From: Collinsella sp.
Lineage (GTDB): Bacteria; Actinomycetota; Coriobacteriia; Coriobacteriales; Coriobacteriaceae
Direction: 5' to 3'
Length of the DNA: 64,000 bases
Assembly (NCBI GenBank): GCA_031292915.1
Contig: JAUMSH010000086.1
Span: forward strand, 16,450-80,449
Shown: positions 1 through 8,892 of the stretch, in pieces
Layout: each line of letters begins with the position of its first letter
How positions within the stretch are numbered: the first letter of the stretch is position 1
Position numbers and translations under genes: made by a program
Notes under the pieces: generated by a model
What the model saw: only the letters and a program-made list of their open reading frames with translations
The model's database searches: none
What the model was told of the DNA's origin: nothing

Positions 1-1107
1 CAGGGCAGCCGATTGGGGGCACTCACCCAAAAGATCGCTAAGCCGGCGGTTAGCTTTGGTGGCAAGTTCCGCATTATCGACTTTTCGCTCTCCAACTGCT
101 CCAACTCGGGCATCGACACAGTGGGCGTTCTGACCCAGTATCGCCCCTACCTGCTGCATGCCTACGTGGGCTCCGGCGAGGCTTGGGATCTGGACAGCCG
201 CGATGGCGGCGTATCGATCCTGCCGCCGTACGAAACGCAGACCGGCGGCGCCTGGTATGCGGGCACGGCCGACGCCATTACGCAGAACCTCGACTACATC
301 AAGGCCAACGACCCCAAGTACGTCCTGATTCTTTCGGGCGATCACCTGTATCGCATGGACTACCGCAAGATGCTCAAGACGCACATTGAGAATAACGCCG
401 ACCTCACGGTGAGCGTTATGCCCGTGCCGTGGGAGGAGGCCAGCCGCTTTGGCATCCTGACCACCGACCCCGAGGACGGCCGCATCACCAAGTTCACCGA
501 GAAGCCCGATAAGCCCGATTCGAACCTCGCGTCCATGGGCATCTACATCTTCTCGGCCGACGTGCTGATCGAGGCGCTCGAAGAGGACGCTCTGGACCAG
601 CGCTCGAGCCACGACTTTGGCAAGGACATCATCCCCAAGCTGCTCGGCGAGGGCAAGCGCCTGTACAGCTACGAGTTCCACGGCTTTTGGAAGGACGTCG
701 GCACCATCGCCAGCTTCCACGAGACCTCGATGGACCTGCTGGGCAACAACCCCGAGTTCGATCTGTTCGACAAGCACTTCCCCATCATGTCCAACATCAC
801 CACGCGTCCGCCGCACTACATTGGCCCGGACGGCCGCCTGGACGACTGCCTGGTCTCCAACGGCTGCAAGATCTACGGCACCGCTCGCCACTCGATCATT
901 TCGACCGATGTCATCATCGAGGAGCGCGCCGTGGTCGAGGACTCCGTGCTGCTGCCGGGTGCGCACGTTAAGAGCGGCGCGCACATCTGCCGCGCTATTT
1001 TGGGCGAGAACTCCACGGTCGAAGAGGGCGTGAAGCTCGGCTCTGTCGATACCACCAAGGATACGGCCGTCGTTGGAAATGACGTCGTTATCGGAAAGGG
1101 GGAATGA
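1..1107 (+). CDS. glgC: glucose-1-phosphate adenylyltransferase GlgC (5' end outside window)
   Basis: The frame is open from base 1 ([32 protein letters not shown]), which is the conserved N-terminal nucleotide-binding region. The C-terminus is beta-helix-like. glgD and glgA follow. Confidence 0.93.
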   Translation, partial: QGSRLGALTQKIAKPAVSFGGKFRIIDFSLSNCSNSGIDTVGVLTQYRPYLLHAYVGSGEAWDLDSRDGGVSILPPYETQTGGAWYAGTADAITQNLDYIKANDPKYVLILSGDHLYRMDYRKMLKTHIENNADLTVSVMPVPWEEASRFGILTTDPEDGRITKFTEKPDKPDSNLASMGIYIFSADVLIEALEEDALDQRSSHDFGKDIIPKLLGEGKRLYSYEFHGFWKDVGTIASFHETSMDLLGNNPEFDLFDKHFPIMSNITTRPPHYIGPDGRLDDCLVSNGCKIYGTARHSIISTDVIIEERAVVEDSVLLPGAHVKSGAHICRAILGENSTVEEGVKLGSVDTTKDTAVVGNDVVIGKGE

Positions 1108-1111
1108 TCCG

Positions 1112-2239
1112 ATGATCAATCGCAAGGCCATCGGTTATATCACCGCTAACTACTCTTCGACCTACGGCAGCGTGCTGCTCAAGGACCGCCCTATCGCGTC
1201 CGTTCCGTTTTTGGGCCGCTACCGCCTGATCGACTTCCCGCTGTCCAACATGATGAATGCCGGCATTAAGACCGTTGGCGTCGTCATGCCGGGCAACTAC
1301 CGCTCGCTGATTGACCACGTGGGCTCGGGCAAGGACTGGGGCCTGGACCGCAAGAAGGGCGGTCTGTTCATGGTGCCCGGCAACGCGTATGGCACCACCA
1401 AGGGCGGCATGCGCTTCCTGCTGCGCGATATCATCTCCAACAAGACGCTGTTCCAGCGCTCGGACAAGCCCTACGTCGTGATGATGGGCACCAACATCAT
1501 CTTTAACATGGACCTCAACACCATCATCGACGCGCACGAGAACTCCGGTGCCCAGATGACCGTGGTGTACTGCAAGGCCACGCGCAACGTCGACGACGAG
1601 ACCAAGCTGCAGATCAACGAGAACGGCCGCCTCACGGGCGTGAGCGCCGGCGTCGTGTACGGCGACAACGCGTCCATGGACTGCTGCATCGTCAACCGCG
1701 AGACGCTGCTCGAGATCATCGATCACTACCAGGCCGCCGACTATCTTGACCTGCTCGAGGCACTCCAGGGCGACTTTGGCAACATCGACGTGTGCAGCTA
1801 CGAATACAAGGGCGAGGTCGTGGGCGTGTTTAGCGAGAAGTCGCTGTATCGCCGCAGCATGGACCTGCTCGACCAGACCGTGGCCGACCAGCTCTTCGAT
1901 CCCGAGCGCCCGATCCTGACCAAGGCTCACGACGTGCCGCCTTCGCGCTATGCGACCGGCAGCCACGCGTGCAACTCGATCATCTCGGCCGGTTGCATCA
2001 TCAAGGGCACCGTGCGCAACTCGATCCTGTCGCGCGGCGTCGTGGTCGAGGAAGGCGCTTCGGTGACTAACTCGATCATCAACCAGAGCTGCATCATCAA
2101 GAGCGGCGCACGCGTCGAGAACGCCATTCTGGACAAGAACAACGTGGTTCCCACCAACACCGAGCTTCGCGGTACGCCCGAGAACATCCTGGTGCTGGGC
2201 AAGGCTCCGTTAACTTCCGACACCACCATCGTACGTTAA
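1112..2239 (+). CDS. glgD: glucose-1-phosphate adenylyltransferase regulatory-type subunit GlgD
   Basis: GlgC paralogue (MINRKAIGYITANY.., FLGRYRLIDFPLSNMMNAG) without the GGxGxRL motif. The ATG at 1112 lies just after GGAAAGGGGG and the glgC stop. The track start at 1073 overlaps glgC and is not used. Confidence 0.88.
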   Translation: MINRKAIGYITANYSSTYGSVLLKDRPIASVPFLGRYRLIDFPLSNMMNAGIKTVGVVMPGNYRSLIDHVGSGKDWGLDRKKGGLFMVPGNAYGTTKGGMRFLLRDIISNKTLFQRSDKPYVVMMGTNIIFNMDLNTIIDAHENSGAQMTVVYCKATRNVDDETKLQINENGRLTGVSAGVVYGDNASMDCCIVNRETLLEIIDHYQAADYLDLLEALQGDFGNIDVCSYEYKGEVVGVFSEKSLYRRSMDLLDQTVADQLFDPERPILTKAHDVPPSRYATGSHACNSIISAGCIIKGTVRNSILSRGVVVEEGASVTNSIINQSCIIKSGARVENAILDKNNVVPTNTELRGTPENILVLGKAPLTSDTTIVR

Positions 2240-2329
2240 CGTTGGCACCGCAACATCGCTCGTAACATGTAGAATAGCCGCCCGGTTAGCGCCAGGCGGC
2301 TATTCTCGAATTGCAACATGGGAGACAAT

Positions 2330-4603
2330 ATGGCAGATTCCAGCAAAAAGATGCAGATCGTGTTTGCCTCGGCCGAGTGCGCACCGTTTGTTAAGACCGG
2401 TGGCCTGGGCGACGTGGCGGGCTCGCTGCCTGCGGCGCTTGTGCGAGCCGGCGCCGAGGTTATCGTGATGGTGCCCAAGTACGCCACCATCAAGGACGAG
2501 TACAAGGCGCAGATGGAGCACTTCTCCGACTTTTACGTGAGCCTGGGCTGGCGCAACGAGTACTGCGGTCTCGAGAAGCTCGAGCACGACGGCGTCACCT
2601 ATTTGTTCGTTGACAACGAGCGCTACTTTGCGCGCGACTATCCGTACGGCTTCTTTGACGACGGCGAGCGCTTCGCGTTTTTCTCCAAGGCCATCACAGA
2701 GAGCCTGCAGCACCTGCCGGCCGGTTTTGAGTGCGACATCCTGCACTGCAACGACTGGCAGACCGCGCTGGCGCCCGTGTTCTTGCGCGAGTTCTACCAG
2801 GGCCTGCCGCTGTACGACCGCGTCAAGACCGTGTTCTCGATCCACAACGTAGCGTTCCAGGGCCAGTTTAGCGACACCGTGATGGAGGACATCCTGGGTG
2901 TGGCGCATATTCCCGCGGCCGCCTCGCAGCTGCGTTGCGACGCCTGCAGCATCAACTACATGCTAGGCGCGCTGCGCTATGCCGATGCCATCACCACGGT
3001 GAGCCCCACCTATGCCAACGAGATCCAGACGCCGGAGTTTGGCGAGGGCCTGGACGGCGTGCTGCGCGAGCGCTCCTATGCGCTGCAGGGCATTTTGAAC
3101 GGCATCGACGTGGCGGGCTTTGACCCGGCGACCGACAAGCGCATTGCCGCAAACTACACAGTTGATGACCGTTCCGGCAAGGCCGTGTGTAAGGCCAAGC
3201 TGCAGGAAGAGCTGGGGCTCGAGGTTCGCGACGACCGTCCGCTCATGGTAATGGTCACCCGCCTGACGCGCCAGAAGGGCATGGACCTAGTCATGTACGC
3301 GCTCGACCGCATTTTGGCCGGCGGCGTGCAGGTAGCGGTGCTGGGCACCGGCGACCGCGACTACGAGGACGGCCTGCGCTACTTCCAGGACAAGTACCCC
3401 GGCACCATGGCCGCACGCATCGAGTTCGATCCTGCGCTGTCGCAGCGTATGTATGCCGCTGCCGATATGTTCCTGATGCCTTCGAAGTTTGAGCCCTGTG
3501 GCCTGTCGCAGATCATCGCCATGCGCTACGGCACCCTGCCGATTGTTCGCGAGACCGGTGGTCTGAAGGACACGGTGATCCCGTATAACGAGTTTACCGG
3601 CGAGGGCACGGGCTTCTCGTTTAGCAACTTTAACGGCGACGAGATGGGCGACGCCGTATTCCGCGCGGCACGCCTGTTCTGGGACAACCGCGATGCCTGG
3701 AACCAGCTGGTCACGCAGGCCATGAGCCAGGACTTTAGCTGGACGCGCTCGGCCGACAAGTATCTGGACCTGTACTTCTTTATGCATCCGGAGATCGAGA
3801 GGCCGGCGTCGGTTGTCGACGAGCCTGAGGCTGTTGCTGAGCCGGTGGCCGCTGAGGAGACCAAGCCCGAGGAGAAGCCGGTTAAGGCTGAGCCCGCAAA
3901 GGCCGAGCCTGAGGTGAAGGCTGAGGTTGCTCCTGAGGCAGAGGCCGAGGTCAAGCCCGCTGCAAAGCCCGCAGCTAAGAAGACCACGACGCGCAAGACG
4001 ACGGCCAAGAAGGCTACGACAACCAAGGCTGCCGCAGCAAAGACGACTGCTGCCAAGGCAACGACCACGCGCAAGCGCACGAGCGCCACTGCCAAGAAAG
4101 CCGCCGAAGCCGAGGTCGCTGAGGCCAAGCCTGCGGCAAAGGCACCGGCCAAGACCACTGCCAAGAAGTCGACCACGACCGCCAAGAAGACAACGGCAGC
4201 CAAGAAGACCACGGCAACGAAGTCGACGACCAAGTCAGCCGCAAAGCCGGCAGCCAAGGTCGAGGAGACGCCTGCAGAGTCCAAGGCGGAGGTAACCGTC
4301 GAGACCAAGCCCGCCGCCAAGACCACCACGCGAAAGCGCACGACGACGGCCAAGAAGACCACGGCAAAGACCACGACTCCCAAGGCAGAGACTAAGCCCG
4401 CTGCTGCCAAAGAGGAGCCCAAGGCCGAGGTAAAGACCAAGCCGGCGCCGAAGGCCGCTGAGGTCAAGGCTGCCCCAAAAGCAGAGGCCAAGCCCGAGCC
4501 CGCCAAGGAGACTCCGGTCTCCCCCGCCGCTCCGGCAAAGGAAAAAGCCCCGTCCAAGAAGACGTCCGTCCGCAAGGCCACGGCCACCCGCAAGCGCCGC
4601 TAG
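2330..4603 (+). CDS. glgA: glycogen synthase GlgA with ~270-aa K/A/T/P-rich C-terminal extension
   Basis: MQIVFASAECAPFVKTGGLGDV is the GT5 starch/glycogen synthase N-terminus, and the C-terminal GT-B half carries PSKFEPCGLSQIIAMRYGT. GGAGA lies 7 nt before the ATG at 2330; 2318 and 2351 are alternative starts. The frame stays open through the low-complexity tail to 4603. Confidence 0.9.
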   Translation: MADSSKKMQIVFASAECAPFVKTGGLGDVAGSLPAALVRAGAEVIVMVPKYATIKDEYKAQMEHFSDFYVSLGWRNEYCGLEKLEHDGVTYLFVDNERYFARDYPYGFFDDGERFAFFSKAITESLQHLPAGFECDILHCNDWQTALAPVFLREFYQGLPLYDRVKTVFSIHNVAFQGQFSDTVMEDILGVAHIPAAASQLRCDACSINYMLGALRYADAITTVSPTYANEIQTPEFGEGLDGVLRERSYALQGILNGIDVAGFDPATDKRIAANYTVDDRSGKAVCKAKLQEELGLEVRDDRPLMVMVTRLTRQKGMDLVMYALDRILAGGVQVAVLGTGDRDYEDGLRYFQDKYPGTMAARIEFDPALSQRMYAAADMFLMPSKFEPCGLSQIIAMRYGTLPIVRETGGLKDTVIPYNEFTGEGTGFSFSNFNGDEMGDAVFRAARLFWDNRDAWNQLVTQAMSQDFSWTRSADKYLDLYFFMHPEIERPASVVDEPEAVAEPVAAEETKPEEKPVKAEPAKAEPEVKAEVAPEAEAEVKPAAKPAAKKTTTRKTTAKKATTTKAAAAKTTAAKATTTRKRTSATAKKAAEAEVAEAKPAAKAPAKTTAKKSTTTAKKTTAAKKTTATKSTTKSAAKPAAKVEETPAESKAEVTVETKPAAKTTTRKRTTTAKKTTAKTTTPKAETKPAAAKEEPKAEVKTKPAPKAAEVKAAPKAEAKPEPAKETPVSPAAPAKEKAPSKKTSVRKATATRKRR

Positions 4604-4639
4604 CCCACAGACGATCCAAAACCTAATCAAACCCTATGT

Positions 4640-4670
4640 AAGGGGCGCTCCAACCGGGCGCCCCTTCTCT
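4640..4670 (+). terminator. hairpin terminator after glgA
   Basis: AAGGGGCGC (4640-4648) pairs with GCGCCCCTT (4658-4666), followed by a T-containing tract CTCT. Confidence 0.55.
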
Positions 4671-4680
4671 GTAGGTAGTT

Positions 4681-4695
4681 GGTAAAACGATTTTC
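4681..4695. promoter_or_regulatory. candidate LacI/CcpA-type operator upstream of the GH13::GH77 gene
   Basis: GTAAAACGATTTTC has a central CG and 5 of 7 symmetric positions. It lies ~130 nt upstream of the start at 4822. Motif resemblance only. Confidence 0.25.
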
Positions 4696-4821
4696 TAGGA
4701 CAACCGTTCGCCGATGGTAAACGGATGTTGTTTATACAGCCTGTGTACAACAGATATACTTACTTCCTGTGCGTAAAGCCCATGGCCCGCAGGCCGTGAT
4801 TCTATTGAACTGGACCGTATT

Positions 4822-7800
4822 ATGAGATTGATTCACAACAGTCGTCTGCCGCAGTTTCGCACTCCGTTTGGCGCTGTGACCACTGGAACTTCCGTTTCGC
4901 TCTCGGTGATTTTGGAGGATGCCGACCCCAACCAGGCAACGCTTACGCTGCGCACCTGGGTCGATGAGATCGGTGAGTCTCTGTATCCCATGACGCACGA
5001 GGGCGACGGCATATTTACCGTAGAGCTTGAGTGCACCGAGCCCTGTCTTATCTGGTACAGCTTTATCTGCAATATCGAGGGTCAGCCCGAGGTCCGTTTG
5101 GGCGCACCGCAGGGTCGCACCGGTGGCGAGGGCGTAACTTACAACTACGCCGAGGTCCCGTCGTTCCAGATTACCGTCTACAAGCACCGCGAGAACCGTC
5201 CCACCTGGTACGAGCGCGGTATGGTCTACCAGATCTTCCCCGATCGCTACGCCCGCGACGAAAACTGGCGCGAGCGCACGCAGGCCGAAGTCGATAAGCC
5301 GCGCAAAGGAATCCAGCGCCGCATGGTCGAGGACTGGAACGAACCGCCCGAGTACGAGCGTGCCGAAGACGGCTCCATCAAGACCTGGGATTTTTACGGC
5401 GGTTCGCTCAAGGGTATCCAAAATGACCTGCCTCGCATTGCCGAGCTAGGCTTTACAGCCATCTACCTCAACCCCATCTTTGAGGCCGCGAGCAACCACC
5501 GCTACGACACGGCCGACTACACCAAGATCGACCCGATTCTGGGCACCGAGCAGGACTTTACCGAGCTGTGCGAGGCGGCCGAGAAGCTTGGCATTTCCAT
5601 CATTCTGGACGGTGTGTTCAACCATACGGGCGACGACTCGATCTACTTTAACCGCTACGGCAATTATCCCGGCGTCGGTGCTTGGCAGAGCGAGGACTCG
5701 CCGTGGCGCGATGCATTTTACTTCCATGAGGACGGTTCGTATGACTGCTGGTGGGGCGTGGGCAACATGCCCGCCATCAATGAGAGCTCCGAACTGGTGC
5801 GCGAGCGGCTCCTGGGCAAGGACGGCGTGATCCGTAAATGGCTGCGCGCCGGTGCCCATGGCTGGCGACTCGATGTGGCCGACGAGCTTTCCGACGACTT
5901 CCTGGCCGAGATCAAAAAGGCCGTGCTCGCCGAGAAGCCCGACGCGCTGCTGCTCGGCGAAGTCTGGGAAGACGCCTCCAACAAGATCAGCTATGGCCAC
6001 CTGCGCCGCTATCTGCAGGGCTCGGAGCTCGACTCCGCCATGGACTACCCCTTCCGCGACATGGTCATCGGCTTTTTGATGGGCTACAAGAACGCTTACC
6101 AGGCAGCCGAGGATATCGAAACCCTGCGCGAGAACTACCCGCGCGAGGCACTGGCCTGCGCGCTCAATCTGCTTTCGAGCCACGACCGCCCGCGCATCAT
6201 CTCGGTGCTCGGCGGTGGCCCCGACGAGTCGCAGCTGCCCGAGAGCGAGCGCAGCAAATGGCGCCTGGACGATAACTCGATGGGCCTGGCCAAAAGCCGT
6301 TTTTGGCTGGCGACGCTCATGCAGATGACCTTCCCGGGTGTGCCCTCGATCTATTATGGCGACGAGTACGGCCTGGAGGGCCTCACCGATCCGGGCAACC
6401 GCCGCACCCTGCCGACCAAAGACCAACTCCACGACTTCGACACACTGGCCATCGTTAAGAACGCGTCTGCCGTGCGCCGTGCGCTGCCCTTTATGGTCGA
6501 TGGCGAGATCAAGGCCTTTGCGCTCAACGACGAAGTCTTGGCTTACACCCGCACGGGCAATGACGGCGAGGCCGCGACGGTTATCATCAACCGCAGCCTG
6601 CGCAATTCGCACCGCGTGACGATTCCGGCGCTCGGCGAATGCGCGAGCGACGTGATCAGCGGTCACGAGTGCGAGATCCACAACGGTACCGTCACGCTCG
6701 ACCTGTACCCGCTGGGCTCTTCGATCATCTATCACCATGCCGAGAAGCGTCTGCAGGAGCCGCTCGATCATGGCGCGGGCGTTGTGTGCCACATCACCTC
6801 GGTGCCGACCGATGACGGCAAGCCCGGCACAATCGGTGCGCCCACGCGTCGCTTTATCGACCATCTGGCCGCTATGGGCATGCGCTACTGGCAAGTCCTG
6901 CCCGTCAACCCGACGGACTTCTTCCGCTCCCCTTACGCTGGGCCTTCGGCCTTTGCGGGCAATATTGACCTGCTGCCCGAGAGTCACGAGGAGCTGGCCG
7001 CCGACTTTGCTGCATGGAAGGCTCACGGCGGCGAGGATGCCGACCCGCTGTACACGGCGTTTAAACATCGCAACGCTGATTGGCTCGAAAAGTACTGCGT
7101 CTACATGGCCGTTAAGAAGTACTTTGAGGGCGAGTCGCGCCACGATTGGCCGGCAGATGTAGCGCGCTACAACGAGTATCTGATCGATGACAAGCGCTTC
7201 CACGACGAGGCCGAGCTGCAGGCGTACATGCAGTATCGCTTTGACCTTGCCTGGTGCGAGCTCATGAACTATGCGCACAAGAAGGGCATCGAGGTCATCG
7301 GCGATATCCCGATGTATGTCTCGGACGATTCGGCCGACGCGTGGAGCGAGCCCGAGAACTTCTGGCTGTCCGATACCGGCAAGGCGATTGAGATTTCGGG
7401 CGCGCCGCCCGACAACTTTGCGCCCGAGGGCCAGGTGTGGGGCAACCCCACCTTCCGATGGGATCGCATGAAGGAGAACGGCTATCGCTGGTGGATGGAC
7501 CGCCTGCGTCGTGCGTTTTCGCTCTACGACCGCGTGCGCCTGGACCACTTCCTGGGCTTCCACAGCTACTTTAGCATTCCCGCCGGTAAGGCCTGTGCCG
7601 ACGGCCGCTGGCTGGCAGGCCCGGGCAAGGACCTGTTCCAGACCGCCTATGACGAGCTGGGCCCGCTCAACTTTATCGCCGAGGATCTGGGCTATCTGAC
7701 GCCCGGCGTTCGCGCCATGGCTTCGACCTGCGGCTTCCCCGGCATGGACGTGCTGGAGTTTAGCGACTACGACGTTCGTTGCGGAATTCACCCCACACCG

Positions 7801-8118
7801 GGAAAGATCCTGTACACCTCGACGCACGACACCTCGACACTTGCCGGCTGGTGCACGCGCTCCTTTGCAGGCGGCGATGAGCCGAGCGGTGTTGAGGTGG
7901 CGGCCAAGCTGATGAGCGACGCGCTGGCAAGCGACGCTCCCCTCGTAATGATGCCGCTGCAGGATGTCCTGGGGCTTGGCGACGACGCGCGCATGAACGT
8001 TCCGGGCGTGGCCACGGGCAACTGGACCTGGCAGGCTGACGAGGCGGACATTGTAGCCGCCGAGGGCAAAACCGCGCGGCTCCTGCGCAACAACCATAGA
8101 TTCTGGAGCGAAGCGTGA
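4822..8118 (+). CDS. single-chain GH13 alpha-amylase-family hydrolase (neopullulanase-like) fused to GH77 4-alpha-glucanotransferase (MalQ-like)
   Basis: N-terminal half: YQIFPDRYA, DGVFNHTG, GWRLDVADE, LLLGEVWED, LLSSHDRPR. C-terminal half: YWQVLPVNPT, GDIPMYVSDDSADAW, VRLDHFLGF, IAEDLGYLTPGV, YTSTHDTSTLAGW. It is one uninterrupted 1098-codon ORF. Confidence 0.88.
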   Translation: MRLIHNSRLPQFRTPFGAVTTGTSVSLSVILEDADPNQATLTLRTWVDEIGESLYPMTHEGDGIFTVELECTEPCLIWYSFICNIEGQPEVRLGAPQGRTGGEGVTYNYAEVPSFQITVYKHRENRPTWYERGMVYQIFPDRYARDENWRERTQAEVDKPRKGIQRRMVEDWNEPPEYERAEDGSIKTWDFYGGSLKGIQNDLPRIAELGFTAIYLNPIFEAASNHRYDTADYTKIDPILGTEQDFTELCEAAEKLGISIILDGVFNHTGDDSIYFNRYGNYPGVGAWQSEDSPWRDAFYFHEDGSYDCWWGVGNMPAINESSELVRERLLGKDGVIRKWLRAGAHGWRLDVADELSDDFLAEIKKAVLAEKPDALLLGEVWEDASNKISYGHLRRYLQGSELDSAMDYPFRDMVIGFLMGYKNAYQAAEDIETLRENYPREALACALNLLSSHDRPRIISVLGGGPDESQLPESERSKWRLDDNSMGLAKSRFWLATLMQMTFPGVPSIYYGDEYGLEGLTDPGNRRTLPTKDQLHDFDTLAIVKNASAVRRALPFMVDGEIKAFALNDEVLAYTRTGNDGEAATVIINRSLRNSHRVTIPALGECASDVISGHECEIHNGTVTLDLYPLGSSIIYHHAEKRLQEPLDHGAGVVCHITSVPTDDGKPGTIGAPTRRFIDHLAAMGMRYWQVLPVNPTDFFRSPYAGPSAFAGNIDLLPESHEELAADFAAWKAHGGEDADPLYTAFKHRNADWLEKYCVYMAVKKYFEGESRHDWPADVARYNEYLIDDKRFHDEAELQAYMQYRFDLAWCELMNYAHKKGIEVIGDIPMYVSDDSADAWSEPENFWLSDTGKAIEISGAPPDNFAPEGQVWGNPTFRWDRMKENGYRWWMDRLRRAFSLYDRVRLDHFLGFHSYFSIPAGKACADGRWLAGPGKDLFQTAYDELGPLNFIAEDLGYLTPGVRAMASTCGFPGMDVLEFSDYDVRCGIHPTPGKILYTSTHDTSTLAGWCTRSFAGGDEPSGVEVAAKLMSDALASDAPLVMMPLQDVLGLGDDARMNVPGVATGNWTWQADEADIVAAEGKTARLLRNNHRFWSEA

Positions 8119-8162
8119 TAAAACCCTCGATATAGGGTACAGTTACAGACGTTTGAATTTTT

Positions 8163-8188
8163 GCGGGCAGAGTAATCTGCCCGCTTTG
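8163..8188 (+). terminator. rho-independent terminator after GH13::GH77 gene
   Basis: GCGGGCAG (8163-8170) pairs with CTGCCCGC (8177-8184), followed by TTTG. Confidence 0.65.
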
Positions 8189-8206
8189 TGCTGAAAAGGA
8201 AGTATT

Positions 8207-8443
8207 ATGGCGCGCTACGATTACAAGTGCTCGAGCTGCGGCAATGTGTTTGAGGTTGAGCATCCCATGTCCGAGACTCCCGAGGTCGTGTGCCCGAGCT
8301 GCGGTGCCCCGGCGGCCAAGACGTTCTCGGCCAGCGGCATTAAATTTGAGGGTAGCGGTTTCTACAACACCGACCAGCGAAGCGGCGGCTCCAGCACCAG
8401 CGCCACAAGCGGCTGCTGTGCCAACTGCCCACACAACCACTAG
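8207..8443 (+). CDS. FmdB-family zinc-ribbon protein
   Basis: MARYDYKCSSCGNVFEVEHPMSE..VVCPSCG carries two CxxC pairs typical of the FmdB/CxxC_CxxC_SSSS family. GGAAG precedes the ATG. Confidence 0.8.
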   Translation: MARYDYKCSSCGNVFEVEHPMSETPEVVCPSCGAPAAKTFSASGIKFEGSGFYNTDQRSGGSSTSATSGCCANCPHNH

Positions 8444-8477
8444 AGACAAGCGGTCCCGACACCCAGGTTTCCTGATG

Positions 8478-8544
8478 AGTTGCGGTGAAATAGTTCCTGA
8501 ATCAGCCCATCCAACGGCCAAACAGGAACTATTTCACCGCAACT
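8478..8544. repeat. 68-bp-class palindromic intergenic repeat, copy 1
   Basis: AGTTGCGGTGAAATAGTTCCTG, a 23-nt loop, then CAGGAACTATTTCACCGCAACT. The arm consensus AAGTTGCGGTGAAATAGGGAC is shared with five other loci. Confidence 0.9.
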
Positions 8545-8819
8545 TTTCTTTAGATCGGATTTCGAGCTGATGCTAAGTTTGTAACATTTCAAAACTCTGC
8601 CGGATTACGGGGCTGAATTGACAACCTCTATCCATTCCGGTAATTTGCAAATTTCAACAAGCCATCTACCTGCGATTTTGTTTAGGCCATTTTTGCTGTG
8701 GTCGGGCATCACCAATCTAGCCCCGTAATCCGCCCTACTTTTGATAACAGCAAGCATGAAACGGGGCTATTTTTCCCACTCTTTACCGCTATTGCGATCT
8801 CCACTCGCACGACCTTCTG

Positions 8820-8887
8820 AATTGCGGTGAAATAAGGACTATTTGGCGGCTAGAAGCCGCTATTCAATCCCTATTTCACCGCAACTT
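8820..8887. repeat. 68-bp-class palindromic intergenic repeat, copy 2
   Basis: AATTGCGGTGAAATAAGGACT ... ATCCCTATTTCACCGCAACTT. It ends 6 nt from the rsmB stop codon. Confidence 0.9.
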
Positions 8888-8892
8888 AGTAG

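Noticed and set aside
2272-2305. Hairpin GAATAGCCGCC...GGCGGCTATTC between glgD and glgA as a terminator
   Set aside because: There is no T-run, and it lies inside an obvious operon 25 nt before the glgA start. It is more likely an intercistronic structure, so it is not listed as a terminator.
3526-4593. 355-codon minus-strand ORF (and other frames) over the glgA tail
   Set aside because: It mirrors the low-complexity repeat DNA. The plus-strand frame is contiguous with the GlgA catalytic core and ends at a terminator.
5446-8097. 883-codon ORF on the minus strand, opposite the GH13::GH77 gene
   Set aside because: It is a mirror-frame ORF of a well-supported gene. Its R/G/A/V/H-rich composition has no recognisable motif. 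Long antisense ORFs are expected in high-GC DNA, where stop codons are rare.
8244-8570. 108-codon ORF overlapping the fmdB-like gene and running into repeat copy 1
   Set aside because: It is out of frame with a gene that has a clean zinc-ribbon motif, it extends through a palindromic repeat, and it is Pro/Arg/Ala-rich.
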